DNA from: a virus
DNA length: 64,000 bases
UHGV virus genome: UHGV-1351772
Strand: one strand, 5' to 3'
Of this stretch, positions 18,221 through 28,134 are shown piece after piece. The position numbers and the translations under genes are program-made. Each line of letters starts with the position of its first letter. The first letter of the stretch is position 1. The notes below the pieces were generated by a model that saw only the letters and a list, made by a program, of their open reading frames with translations, had not been told where the DNA came from and searched no databases.

Positions 18221-19156
18221 TTACGCTAAACCGTATTTCTTTTCAAGACGCTCACGCTTGTGCTTGAGTTCCATCAGATGCTTTTCACTGATTTCAATCA
18301 GTTTCTCAATGTAGGCATCACCCTTACCTTCTGCGACTTGCTTTTTGTAAAGTAAGATACGCAGTTCCGCCGCTTTCGCCGCTTCTACACACTCGTCGTA
18401 CTTATCCATCTGCCGTTCAGCGATATTCAAACGTACGCGCAATATCAGCGAGATTGGGAACGGTACACTGCTCATTCCCAGTGGGTCAACGGAGCTCGAA
18501 CCGAACTGTTGCGCCAACTCACCGTAAGTTTCGTCGTTAAAGATCGCTTCAGGAATTTCCGCATAATCCGCTTTCAGTTTATTCAGCGGCGTTGCCAGCA
18601 CACGGACAGCAATGCAGTAAGAAATAGAACGAGTATTGAGGTATTGAAGGTCATTCGGACCGACGCCTTTTACTTCAATATTCGAGCCTTCTACGGCGGC
18701 TATTTCTTCCGCGGTTACGTAGTTAAGTAAGGTGGCACTGTAACCTGTAAAGAAGTCAATCAGGTCAAGCAGTCTGAGCACCGTTAATTTATTAAACGTC
18801 ATTGAAGACGTGACTAACGCTTTACCAATGTCACGCGTAATACATTGGTCTAAGAAAGAACGCAATTGTAGCGTGTTTTCCATCGAGGCAACGATGTATT
18901 CCAGCATCGAAGGATTACGGAGACCTTTGGCTTCCAGACCGGAATTCCGCAGGTATTTAACCAAATCATCCGACATGTCCTGCACCGTTTTCGATTTAAA
19001 CGGCTTGCCTTCTTTCGACGCTACCAGCTCTTGCAGAGACTGGAAACGCGGTAAAAGTTGTTCACCAATCGCATCGCAGTTTGATGAGAGTTGGTTTTTC
19101 AAGTTTGTTGCTTCAAAGCTCGGCAACAACATAGCGAGCATATTCGGGATTGCCAT
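18221..19156 (-). CDS. hypothetical protein
   Basis: 311-aa ORF. Confidence 0.55.
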   Translation of the reverse strand: MAIPNMLAMLLPSFEATNLKNQLSSNCDAIGEQLLPRFQSLQELVASKEGKPFKSKTVQDMSDDLVKYLRNSGLEAKGLRNPSMLEYIVASMENTLQLRSFLDQCITRDIGKALVTSSMTFNKLTVLRLLDLIDFFTGYSATLLNYVTAEEIAAVEGSNIEVKGVGPNDLQYLNTRSISYCIAVRVLATPLNKLKADYAEIPEAIFNDETYGELAQQFGSSSVDPLGMSSVPFPISLILRVRLNIAERQMDKYDECVEAAKAAELRILLYKKQVAEGKGDAYIEKLIEISEKHLMELKHKRERLEKKYGLA

Positions 19157-19166
19157 GCCTTACCCC

Positions 19167-20273
19167 TTAAAGAACTGGCTGAGCGCCAGAGCGATACGCT
19201 TCGATGATTTTATTTACATCGGCGCTACCAGACTTCGATTTACTAAAGTCAGATTTATCGAGTTCCTGAGAGCCGTTCTGACCACGGGTATAAATAGTGA
19301 CGCGATTCCAGGTGGTGTCCACAACAACGTAGTAGACGGTCAAGGTGTCTTTGAACACACGCTGACGGATATTGAAATCGTCAAATTCGCCACCTAGCTG
19401 TGCGGTCAAACCGTCGATGGTGTCTTGAGAAACCACCATAACGGAAGAAGCGTTATTGATAGACGGTGCCAGAGACAGCAAACCAGATAACCAGTTACCG
19501 TTCTTCTTCTCCACCATCTTACGGTAATAACCGGACTTATCGCGATAACGGTTCTTACGATATTCTTCTACCAGGTCGTTACAGAACGCAATGTCTTTTA
19601 CGTAACTCAACGCGCCAACGCGTGCACGCAGCCAACGTTCCCAGAATGTTTTCGTCTGGTCACTGAACGCAATCAGTGTTTCAATTTGTTCGGTCGGTAA
19701 GGATTTCACATCCAAACGTAAACGCATTGGGAGTTCGACTTTATTACCGTCACGTTCGAATGTTACTGAGAACATCTTCCCGTTGGACAACCCTTCTTGA
19801 TCGAAAAGCTGTTTAATCGGATCACCTTTCCCACCACTGACTGAACCTTTTGATTCTTGGGCAACCCGTCGGGAAGATTCACCGACCGCAATGCCGATTT
19901 TATCGTATGACGGTAAACCATAACGGGCAGATTCGCCGACCGCAAGCGCTGCTAAGCGGGAACCGCTGCGGACTGCATTATCGAGCGCACTACGACGTGT
20001 GCTGACCTGATCCAGTGTGCCGATAATATCGACATCCGGTACACCAGTTAACAGGGAGATAGCCGTTAGTTGGTTTCCTGCCAGCAAAATTTGGATTTTC
20101 TCCAGAATTCCCGGAAGGTAATCTAAACCCAGCAGGCTTTGTTCGACTAAGGTAATGTGCTCGTTATAGAGCACTGAGTTAAATTCCTCCATCGACTCCG
20201 CACGTGAACGAAACAGCATGGGAAGTCTGGAGAGGAAAGAGACAACGCTTGTCTCAAACGTTTTTTCTAACAT
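19167..20273 (-). CDS. hypothetical protein
   Basis: 368-aa ORF. Confidence 0.55.
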   Translation of the reverse strand: MLEKTFETSVVSFLSRLPMLFRSRAESMEEFNSVLYNEHITLVEQSLLGLDYLPGILEKIQILLAGNQLTAISLLTGVPDVDIIGTLDQVSTRRSALDNAVRSGSRLAALAVGESARYGLPSYDKIGIAVGESSRRVAQESKGSVSGGKGDPIKQLFDQEGLSNGKMFSVTFERDGNKVELPMRLRLDVKSLPTEQIETLIAFSDQTKTFWERWLRARVGALSYVKDIAFCNDLVEEYRKNRYRDKSGYYRKMVEKKNGNWLSGLLSLAPSINNASSVMVVSQDTIDGLTAQLGGEFDDFNIRQRVFKDTLTVYYVVVDTTWNRVTIYTRGQNGSQELDKSDFSKSKSGSADVNKIIEAYRSGAQPVL

Positions 20274-20299
20274 TTTCCTAATGAACTCCGGAGTTAAAG

Positions 20300-21598
20300 A
20301 TGAGTGACGAGACAGATAAGAACGATCCGGGGTATGACCCGAATACTGATTACGACGATTCTCTCCACAATCCGAATAATGCGGACGCAGTGCCTTCGGT
20401 CGCAGGGTATTTCGACGGACGGATTAGTAATGCTAACCCCCCGACGCCTTACGACGCTAATACTGAACTTACGGCATGGAACGATCGTATCCGTCTTACT
20501 GTAGGTTTGGGTCTTGCTGCGCAGCGTTTGACCAACCCCTACATGGGGTTCAACCATATGATGGCGTCTAACCCCACGCCAATCAACCGAGAATACGGTG
20601 GACTAACTTTTATTACCCGGCCCGATTTTAACCTGTGCTACGACAACATTGCTAAGTCTCGTAAAATGTCGAACATGGCAATGCAGCCAAAGGACTCCAT
20701 AGATTATTCGATTTTAGCTGCGCTTGACCCCGATTTTGAACTCGGATTTACGGACGCACCTATGGAAAACGGTAGGCGGAAGAATCGCTTAGGTACGCCG
20801 TTTATGCCTCAAGTAAAATTCGATAATCTACAAGCGTTCATACCAATACTCAGTACGCAGCTGATTAGCCTTAGTGGTGCACCCGATCAATCTATTGATA
20901 ACTGGATGGCAAGTGAAGGTTTAATGCGTGAACAGTGGGGGATGGTTGACTCTACCCACGAAGTTAACAACAGCTTTTCCATCAGCATGTCATTAAACAA
21001 CCCCTATGGCGACCCATTGATGAAAATGATGGGTGTGTGGCTGGAGTATATGTCTGGTGTGAAAATGGGTAAATTCCGTCCGAAAATGCGTAACTCCATT
21101 CAACGCAGAATCGATTATCAGTCGCGAATCTACGGGATGCGTTACGATGCCTTAGGGAACATCACCCGTTTCTGGACGATTTGCGTCGCTTGGCCGATGA
21201 ACGATAACGCGGGACAAATGGCGAACGTTGATAACTCCAAACCGCAGTTAAACGACGACGTTACGATTACTATTAACTGGCAAGCTATCGGTGCGCGGTT
21301 TAACGATCCATTATACATGGAAATGTTTAACCGCACCGTTTCCATTTTTAATCCGGATATGCTCCCGCAGCCAGGCTCTATTCAATCGGGCAACTTCATC
21401 CCGATTGCTAGTGACCAATTAGTACCCATCGCGCCACAATTGCTGCCGTTGTTTAACTATTACGGTTATCCACACATCGATTCCGTGCGACGCAAACTTA
21501 CCTGGTATGTTTACCAGGCAGACTACCAACATATTCTCAAGAAAGCGGGATTACTGGATAACGCTAATGCCGCTTCACTACCGACAGGTAATAACTGA
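20300..21598 (+). CDS. hypothetical protein (possible virion protein)
   Basis: 432-aa ORF; divergent from 20273; stop overlaps start of next gene. Confidence 0.6.
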   Translation: MSDETDKNDPGYDPNTDYDDSLHNPNNADAVPSVAGYFDGRISNANPPTPYDANTELTAWNDRIRLTVGLGLAAQRLTNPYMGFNHMMASNPTPINREYGGLTFITRPDFNLCYDNIAKSRKMSNMAMQPKDSIDYSILAALDPDFELGFTDAPMENGRRKNRLGTPFMPQVKFDNLQAFIPILSTQLISLSGAPDQSIDNWMASEGLMREQWGMVDSTHEVNNSFSISMSLNNPYGDPLMKMMGVWLEYMSGVKMGKFRPKMRNSIQRRIDYQSRIYGMRYDALGNITRFWTICVAWPMNDNAGQMANVDNSKPQLNDDVTITINWQAIGARFNDPLYMEMFNRTVSIFNPDMLPQPGSIQSGNFIPIASDQLVPIAPQLLPLFNYYGYPHIDSVRRKLTWYVYQADYQHILKKAGLLDNANAASLPTGNN

Positions 21599-24552
21599 TG
21601 AGTTCTACGACTTACGATACTTTGGCAAAGAACATATTGTTGTTTGCCCACCATCCGGCAGCGATGCAAACACTGCTCTTGAATCAGCTTCTGGATGTAG
21701 AAGACGCCGAAGGCCAAATAGTGTTACGTGACCCAACAGACCCTGTTGTTTATTTGGCGGAAATGGGGACAATGTTGGGCCATGCAACGCTTATGGGGTT
21801 GCAGGAATCAGTGCCAAAGACATTTCCATCGATGGCGCAAACGTACGATGACCTGTTCCGACATATGTCCGATGTGGACTACGTTGATGTGTTCGCCCAA
21901 CCTTCAACCACCGAGCTGTTGTTATTAATCGATGTTGATAGTTTAATCTCCAAGGCGTACCCTTTACAGATTGCGGGTGTGCGTAAAGTTGTTATCCCAC
22001 GAGACACAGTTTTCACGGTGTCAGGTTACACCTTTGCCATCCAGTACCCGATTGAAATCAGGGTACTTCCTTACGGTACCAATGAAAACCCGGCGTTTCA
22101 GGTTCTTTGGATTACCGAAACACAGTCACCTATTTCTCCTGTGTCGACGAATGCGCTGGATTGGGAGTTGACGTCGTCTAACACCACGGCCTCGCAACTA
22201 CTGGCAATCCATATCCCGGTCATGCAGTATGCGGTGAAAAACGAAAGTGACACCGTTGCTGGGAAAAATACCTTTGTCATGACCCGTCATTACACTAACA
22301 AATTTTTCTACGTAAGGGTATGGATGAAATCAACCAACGATAACAAGTGGGTTGAAATTCAGCATACGCACAGTCGTGACGTTTACGACCCCAACACCCC
22401 AACCGCGTTAATCCAGGTCGGTGACGGTGTTATACGGTGTACTATCCCCTCGATCTACATGGCGAAGAACTTGGTCAGCGGCGAAATTCGTATGGATATC
22501 TACACGACCTTAGGGCCTTTAAGTGTCGATATCTCGGCTTATCCGTCTGACGAATACACGTTCACGTTGCGTGATTTAAACGGCGAATATGACGAAAACT
22601 ACGTTAACCCGATTAAGAGTTTTTCCATCAAACAGATGGCTGCAAAAGCAGGTAAAATGTTGTCAGGTGGTCGTAGCCAGCTCACCTTCGAAGATTTACG
22701 TACACGTGTAGTCAATAACGCTGTAGGTGCACGAAAACTCCCTGTAACGGAGAAACAATTAGAAGCAACGGTTTCTGACTACGGTCTAACGTTGTCGAAA
22801 CCAAACGACTATGTTACTAGCCGTACATACTTCTTAACGGCACCGATGCTCGAATCGACAATTCCCAATGTCAGTTCTCCCATCGGGACAATCACGGCAC
22901 CGTTCTATTTCTCCTGGAATGAATTGGTTAATCTACCAACGGTAAAGGTTAACGGTAATCGCCTGACGATTCTTCCTGACACACTTTATCGGTTCACCGA
23001 CACCAGCTTGACGGTTGATGCGGAGATGACGGTCTTGGCAAAAACCATGCGTAAAGAAGATTTGATTAATGCGGCCAACGCTAATCGTTATCTCTTTACA
23101 CCATTCCATTACGTTGTGGATATCAACAACAAAGCCATTGACGTTCGTATTTATCAATTAGATAAACCGACGTTAAACTCCAAACGCTTTATCGCCACTA
23201 ACGTAAGCACGGAACTCAGTGTGGTAACAGCCGACTACACTATCGAAAAGACCGAAGCCGGTTATGTATTGCGTACCGTAACGAAGTCAGAGGCACCTTA
23301 TCAAGCACTGACCGACGATCAAGTTTTTGCACAGCTATCGTTCCGTCCACGTAACGCAGACAACACTTTAGCGTACATCAACGGTACGTTAGTCGGTAAA
23401 CAGGGTAGTGAGCGCGTATGGGAATTCCTGCTGGAAACCAACCTAGACGTTGACCGTAACGACGAATTAATGCTAACGAATACACGCATTAGTAGTAGCA
23501 CACCCACGGAAACGCCTGTACCGCTGATGACGGACTTCAACCTGTTCTACGGCTGCACCGGTTATTATCCTGGTAATTACGAACGTGCGGAAATGGATGC
23601 GTTAATCACTGCCCCGTCACGCGATGCTATTGGTATTACTCACGAGATTTTCAAAATCGAATTGGGTAAAGCAATGACGTACTACTGGCGTAAAGCGCGT
23701 GCTGTTACTGACAGCATTAACTACCAGTATTACGAAAAAGACGTGATGGCAACGTGGGAAATCGATGTGGTTAAACGCGATGAGAACGGTGTACCAATCT
23801 ACACCTACGACGCAGGTCGCACGCCACCACTTCAGATTACGTACGAGCATCGTAAAGGTGATCCTAAACTTGACGAGGCTGGACAACAGATCGTCCTACA
23901 TCGTGAAGGAGACTTAGTTAAAGACGAATTCGGCAATCCGAAAATTGCGAAATCGCGTTCTATCAAATTCCGTAGTGAGATGGCGGTATTCGATGCGCGA
24001 TATAAATTCGCGACGACGCCTTCTGCAAAATCGTATCTGAACGAGGTTATCGAAAACATCGTTAACTACGTTACGGTAATACTGCCAACTTTGAAGCCTA
24101 TGTTGTTAGAACGTACCGAAGGTTACTTTGTGCCGATTACAACAATGGGGTATATCGACGCCCGTACCGAGGACGGGGTAGTAACGCCTGTCCCTGCGGA
24201 AAACCAGTTCACCGTGCGTTATTACCTAACAGCTGCTAACCGTAATAACACCGAGCTCTTAACGCAGATTCGTAAGAAAACGTCTCAGGTTATCAATGAT
24301 TACTTGGGTAGTCATCTAACAATCTCTGCAACAGAAATCGGTAATGCATTGAGTGAAACCCTCGATGCGTCTATTATCGGTGTTGAACTCGATGCTATGG
24401 GACCAGATAAAGACATGCGTCTCTTTACCGTTGTTTCGGAAGCATCAAGAGCAACTATAGGTAAAAAGCTGGACATTGAGGCCAGCGGCGACATCGGACT
24501 TAAAGACGATATCGTTATTGTCTATAACCGTCACGATACTACCGCCGATTAA
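21598..24552 (+). CDS. hypothetical large protein (possible virion structural protein)
   Basis: 984-aa ORF translationally coupled to 20300..21598; followed by strong terminator. Confidence 0.6.
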   Translation: MSSTTYDTLAKNILLFAHHPAAMQTLLLNQLLDVEDAEGQIVLRDPTDPVVYLAEMGTMLGHATLMGLQESVPKTFPSMAQTYDDLFRHMSDVDYVDVFAQPSTTELLLLIDVDSLISKAYPLQIAGVRKVVIPRDTVFTVSGYTFAIQYPIEIRVLPYGTNENPAFQVLWITETQSPISPVSTNALDWELTSSNTTASQLLAIHIPVMQYAVKNESDTVAGKNTFVMTRHYTNKFFYVRVWMKSTNDNKWVEIQHTHSRDVYDPNTPTALIQVGDGVIRCTIPSIYMAKNLVSGEIRMDIYTTLGPLSVDISAYPSDEYTFTLRDLNGEYDENYVNPIKSFSIKQMAAKAGKMLSGGRSQLTFEDLRTRVVNNAVGARKLPVTEKQLEATVSDYGLTLSKPNDYVTSRTYFLTAPMLESTIPNVSSPIGTITAPFYFSWNELVNLPTVKVNGNRLTILPDTLYRFTDTSLTVDAEMTVLAKTMRKEDLINAANANRYLFTPFHYVVDINNKAIDVRIYQLDKPTLNSKRFIATNVSTELSVVTADYTIEKTEAGYVLRTVTKSEAPYQALTDDQVFAQLSFRPRNADNTLAYINGTLVGKQGSERVWEFLLETNLDVDRNDELMLTNTRISSSTPTETPVPLMTDFNLFYGCTGYYPGNYERAEMDALITAPSRDAIGITHEIFKIELGKAMTYYWRKARAVTDSINYQYYEKDVMATWEIDVVKRDENGVPIYTYDAGRTPPLQITYEHRKGDPKLDEAGQQIVLHREGDLVKDEFGNPKIAKSRSIKFRSEMAVFDARYKFATTPSAKSYLNEVIENIVNYVTVILPTLKPMLLERTEGYFVPITTMGYIDARTEDGVVTPVPAENQFTVRYYLTAANRNNTELLTQIRKKTSQVINDYLGSHLTISATEIGNALSETLDASIIGVELDAMGPDKDMRLFTVVSEASRATIGKKLDIEASGDIGLKDDIVIVYNRHDTTAD

Positions 24553-24568
24553 GAAAAAAATAATAAAA

Positions 24569-24606
24569 GTTACCCTACTCCTTCGGGAGTAGGGTAATCT
24601 TTTTTA
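24569..24606. terminator. bidirectional terminator, repeated element copy 1
   Basis: gttaccctactcc-ttcg-ggagtagggtaat, UUCG loop, T-run; between convergent genes; identical 30-nt copy at 29929. Confidence 0.65.
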
Positions 24607-26337
24607 ATCAATCAATTTATTGAACTTCCCACCTTTCACAAGTGGGTTGGACTTGGCACGCTTCAACACCGTTGCCATAGACCCTGCGGCCTTGCACCAC
24701 ATGTTAATCATGTTTGCACTGTGCGCAACAGAATCCCAGACATTGCGGTCAGGGTTTAACACCATCATCGTGGTCAGCTCACGACCGTGAAGGTTAAAGT
24801 TTTCCCCTCGCGTCACTTGGTCTTTAAACGCCTGTTCCATCGCCTGCCATTTCTGACTGTCGACGCCAGAACGTGATTGGCGTGCCATCTCTTTCAAGGT
24901 TTTTACAACCTGATCGACACGTTTCTCCAACACCTTATACTTGTCTAGCGCAGTATTCGCTACGCCATCAGAGATACCACTACGTGCCAGTGTAATCAGA
25001 CATGCCAACAGCTCACGGTAATCCCCGTTACTTAAGCTCAACTCCTGGCGCATCATCTCCAGGTTTGTTGTGGAGCCAAAGAAAGAGTTAGCACCGATTG
25101 ATGCAATCATCCAACCGTTGTCTAATTCACGTGTGGTATAACCGAGAAGCTCAACCTTGTCTTTTACACGCAAAATTGGACCAGGACTACCTTTCTGTCG
25201 TCCAAATTCCGTGGCAGTATATTCAATTCGGCCATTGATCTCGCCTAACGCACGAACCAGATGCACAGCGGCGACTTGGTTCTCTTGCGATGTGCCTACC
25301 TTCGGATTATTCGACAGGTAATACGTTTTGATGTCTTTCAGCGACTGGTCTAAGTCCTGAAGCGCACCGGCAAAACTGTCAAGAATCGTGCTCATTAAGT
25401 TGAACTGAATATCTGACGGAATGTTCACCCCAGCACGTTTCACATCAGGCGGCAAACCGTTATAGACTTCCTCAGCAACCCCGAAGTCAAATACACCGTA
25501 ACCGATGTTCGTCCGAAGCAGCGTATCGAGCAGATCCTGAATAACCTGCAGCTCATTCTGCCGACGTTTAAGATGGTTCTTAAACGTATCGATAAACGGT
25601 GATTTACCTAACGCAGCGGCGAGTTTATTTAGAAACTCTTCAGCTTCCATGTTCACGAAAACGTCGTCAGCCAGCGAAAGAGATAACTCCAGGTTGCTTA
25701 ACTCGCTGTCTTTCAAACCTTTTGACAGTACCAGATAAACTTCTTTCAGTACGGTTGTTTTCAGGCGCTCTGTGAAAGGAACATCGGCCAACTTCTCTTC
25801 CAGTTTCTCGCGATAGTCGTTCCCGTCAATGTTCGCAGCACCTGCAAAAGGAACGGCGTTGCTGATAATCCAACTGAGGATTTTCATTATCCCCATCATC
25901 ACCATCACGATGAGGCTAATCTTACCAAAATTAGCGTAAGACTCTAATGCCACCACCGTTTCTTTCTGGTGTGTTTTGGAATAATTCGACGTCAGGACAC
26001 TTTGTACAGCCTTTGGGATCGTACCAGGACGCAACGATTCAGTCGCTACAGCAACATCACGGTTCAACCCTGCTTTACGTATTTCCCGTAAGATCGCTTC
26101 AATCTGCGCGATAAGGCGAGAGCCGTAAATCAGGTCTGCTTCATTACGTTGCATGTAGAGATTGAGTTGGCTAACAGAATCGATGCGTTCTTCCATGCGC
26201 TGTTCTAACAGTGCAGGAAGTTCATCGAGTTTCCATTGCGGTTGCGCAATGTTTGCTGTCATCTCCATACTCATACCAGCTCGCCTCGCGTTTCTTCCAT
26301 ATAGAATTTCACCGTTTCCATGAAACGTTCCAGCCAC
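24604..26337 (-). CDS. hypothetical protein with one predicted hydrophobic (membrane-like) segment
   Basis: 577 aa; hydrophobic stretch ISLIVMVMMGIMKILSWIISNAV. Confidence 0.55.
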   Translation of the reverse strand: MAGTFHGNGEILYGRNARRAGMSMEMTANIAQPQWKLDELPALLEQRMEERIDSVSQLNLYMQRNEADLIYGSRLIAQIEAILREIRKAGLNRDVAVATESLRPGTIPKAVQSVLTSNYSKTHQKETVVALESYANFGKISLIVMVMMGIMKILSWIISNAVPFAGAANIDGNDYREKLEEKLADVPFTERLKTTVLKEVYLVLSKGLKDSELSNLELSLSLADDVFVNMEAEEFLNKLAAALGKSPFIDTFKNHLKRRQNELQVIQDLLDTLLRTNIGYGVFDFGVAEEVYNGLPPDVKRAGVNIPSDIQFNLMSTILDSFAGALQDLDQSLKDIKTYYLSNNPKVGTSQENQVAAVHLVRALGEINGRIEYTATEFGRQKGSPGPILRVKDKVELLGYTTRELDNGWMIASIGANSFFGSTTNLEMMRQELSLSNGDYRELLACLITLARSGISDGVANTALDKYKVLEKRVDQVVKTLKEMARQSRSGVDSQKWQAMEQAFKDQVTRGENFNLHGRELTTMMVLNPDRNVWDSVAHSANMINMWCKAAGSMATVLKRAKSNPLVKGGKFNKLID

Positions 26338-26714
26338 AGATTAACGGTATCCCATACATCGTCGCCCAAGGCTTCATTGAAAATCTCACGGACAGAGAAG
26401 TTTTCAATAGCGCGACGGCCGCCCCAAGCGCTATCGTAGCGGTTACAAAACAGTGCCACTGTCAAATCTTCAATACTGCCCAGATCGACACAATAAAGCT
26501 CGTTTACGTCCGAAACAACATTTTTCATCAGCGGGCGAAGCTTTAGCTGCGACACTTCATTCGACCCAAACGGGCCATTATCGGGCATATCGGTATTATA
26601 AGCCAAAGCGAATGCGACCAGGCCAGTCAGCGCGCGTTGTGCCTGTACACCTTTACCCTCGTTCGTACGTTTAAAGTCCAGAACCAGGGAATTTAAAGAA
26701 ACTTTATGCGTCAT
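26271..26714 (-). CDS. hypothetical protein
   Basis: 147-aa ORF. Confidence 0.45.
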   Translation of the reverse strand: MTHKVSLNSLVLDFKRTNEGKGVQAQRALTGLVAFALAYNTDMPDNGPFGSNEVSQLKLRPLMKNVVSDVNELYCVDLGSIEDLTVALFCNRYDSAWGGRRAIENFSVREIFNEALGDDVWDTVNLWLERFMETVKFYMEETRGELV

Positions 26715-26728
26715 GATTTTACCTTTAC

Positions 26729-28096
26729 TTATTCGACATTAAACATGGCTGAAGCAATACGAAGATCGTTCGACATATACTTCCCAATCGCACGCTGGTA
26801 ATCAACTGCAGCACGTGAGCGACGACCCTTCGGCGTTAAAGTATTCCAGATAAACTGATACAAGTTATCTTTATCTTTTACGGTTTCTAATAACTTGTCG
26901 ATAACCGCAATACCATCTAAAATACGTTTACGTTGCTCGTTAGCCGCCTTCGTATTTTTGTCTTTAATCGTATTGAGTTCTTCAACGAGTGTACGTCGCA
27001 TTGCCTCAAAACGCTGCTGCGGCGGATCGTAAATGGTGTTATCCGGGTCATTTAAGATCATTCCGAACGTCACGGAAATCACTGGAATAATTGGAATCGT
27101 AGAAGAGACTATTAACGCGGTCACGCGGAAAAGTTCTACTGTCAAATGGACACCCATGTTCATATACGCTGAGTTCCGCAGCAAATAGAACGAACTGGTT
27201 TCCATTTTATACAGTGCAGAGGCCAGATAAGGAGCGCCTCCGAAACGGGAAGCAAAATCATCCGCAGCACGTTCCCACGTCCTGTTAGCAAAGCCTTGAC
27301 TACCGCTAATGAACGGACGATCTAATAACAGCTGTGTGACCAAGTGCATGTAGACGTTTTCTTTTTTGTACTCAGTACAAATCGTTTCTGGCTGATTCAC
27401 TTTCGTGTTCAGCATCTTCTCTACGTCTTTAACAATGCGCAAGCGGACAGTTTGGTCTTCTGTTTCCATGATGCGGTTAGCCGCAGCATCTGCCAGCAAA
27501 TCAGTCACCACGGTACGCATTAGCGTACGGAAATAATAATAGATGTGGCCGACTTCATGAAGAATCACCGAGGCGATTTCCAGATCGGTCAGATTTAATT
27601 TTTCCAGCAGCACCGGGGTAAGATAAAGCGGAGAACCCACTTTGCTTAAATCGCCACTGATTTTTGCGCTGCTGTCATCGATTGATGTGTTCAGTTCGTT
27701 TTCTTTGATGAACTTACTGTACATATCCAGGTCTTTGTTACCTGCGTACAGTGCGCGAGTCATCGATGCAATGATTGGACTGTTTGCATCCAATTTCGGT
27801 GGTTCTACGCCTGCAAAAGCAACGTCAACAAGACCCAGTTCGCTACCGTTCTTAAAGTGAATCGTAATGCCGATATTCTTAAATACCCAATCCGAAACCC
27901 CGGCACTTTCGTAGCCAGCAGGACTGAAATCGCCTGCTCCACGAAACTTAGCAATAATATCAGCCAATTCTGCCAGCTTCTTTTTGTCTTGGAATTTAAT
28001 CGATTCTGCGGCTACAACCTTTGCATCCGCAACTGATGCAATGTGATTTTGCCAATATCCCATTTGTGTTTCCTTTTGAGAAATTACATTACCCAC
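26729..28096 (-). CDS. hypothetical protein
   Basis: 455-aa ORF. Confidence 0.55.
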   Translation of the reverse strand: MGNVISQKETQMGYWQNHIASVADAKVVAAESIKFQDKKKLAELADIIAKFRGAGDFSPAGYESAGVSDWVFKNIGITIHFKNGSELGLVDVAFAGVEPPKLDANSPIIASMTRALYAGNKDLDMYSKFIKENELNTSIDDSSAKISGDLSKVGSPLYLTPVLLEKLNLTDLEIASVILHEVGHIYYYFRTLMRTVVTDLLADAAANRIMETEDQTVRLRIVKDVEKMLNTKVNQPETICTEYKKENVYMHLVTQLLLDRPFISGSQGFANRTWERAADDFASRFGGAPYLASALYKMETSSFYLLRNSAYMNMGVHLTVELFRVTALIVSSTIPIIPVISVTFGMILNDPDNTIYDPPQQRFEAMRRTLVEELNTIKDKNTKAANEQRKRILDGIAVIDKLLETVKDKDNLYQFIWNTLTPKGRRSRAAVDYQRAIGKYMSNDLRIASAMFNVE

Positions 28097-28134
28097 AAAT
28101 CAGTATAGCAGCCGCTAGATTTGAGAGTGAAATC

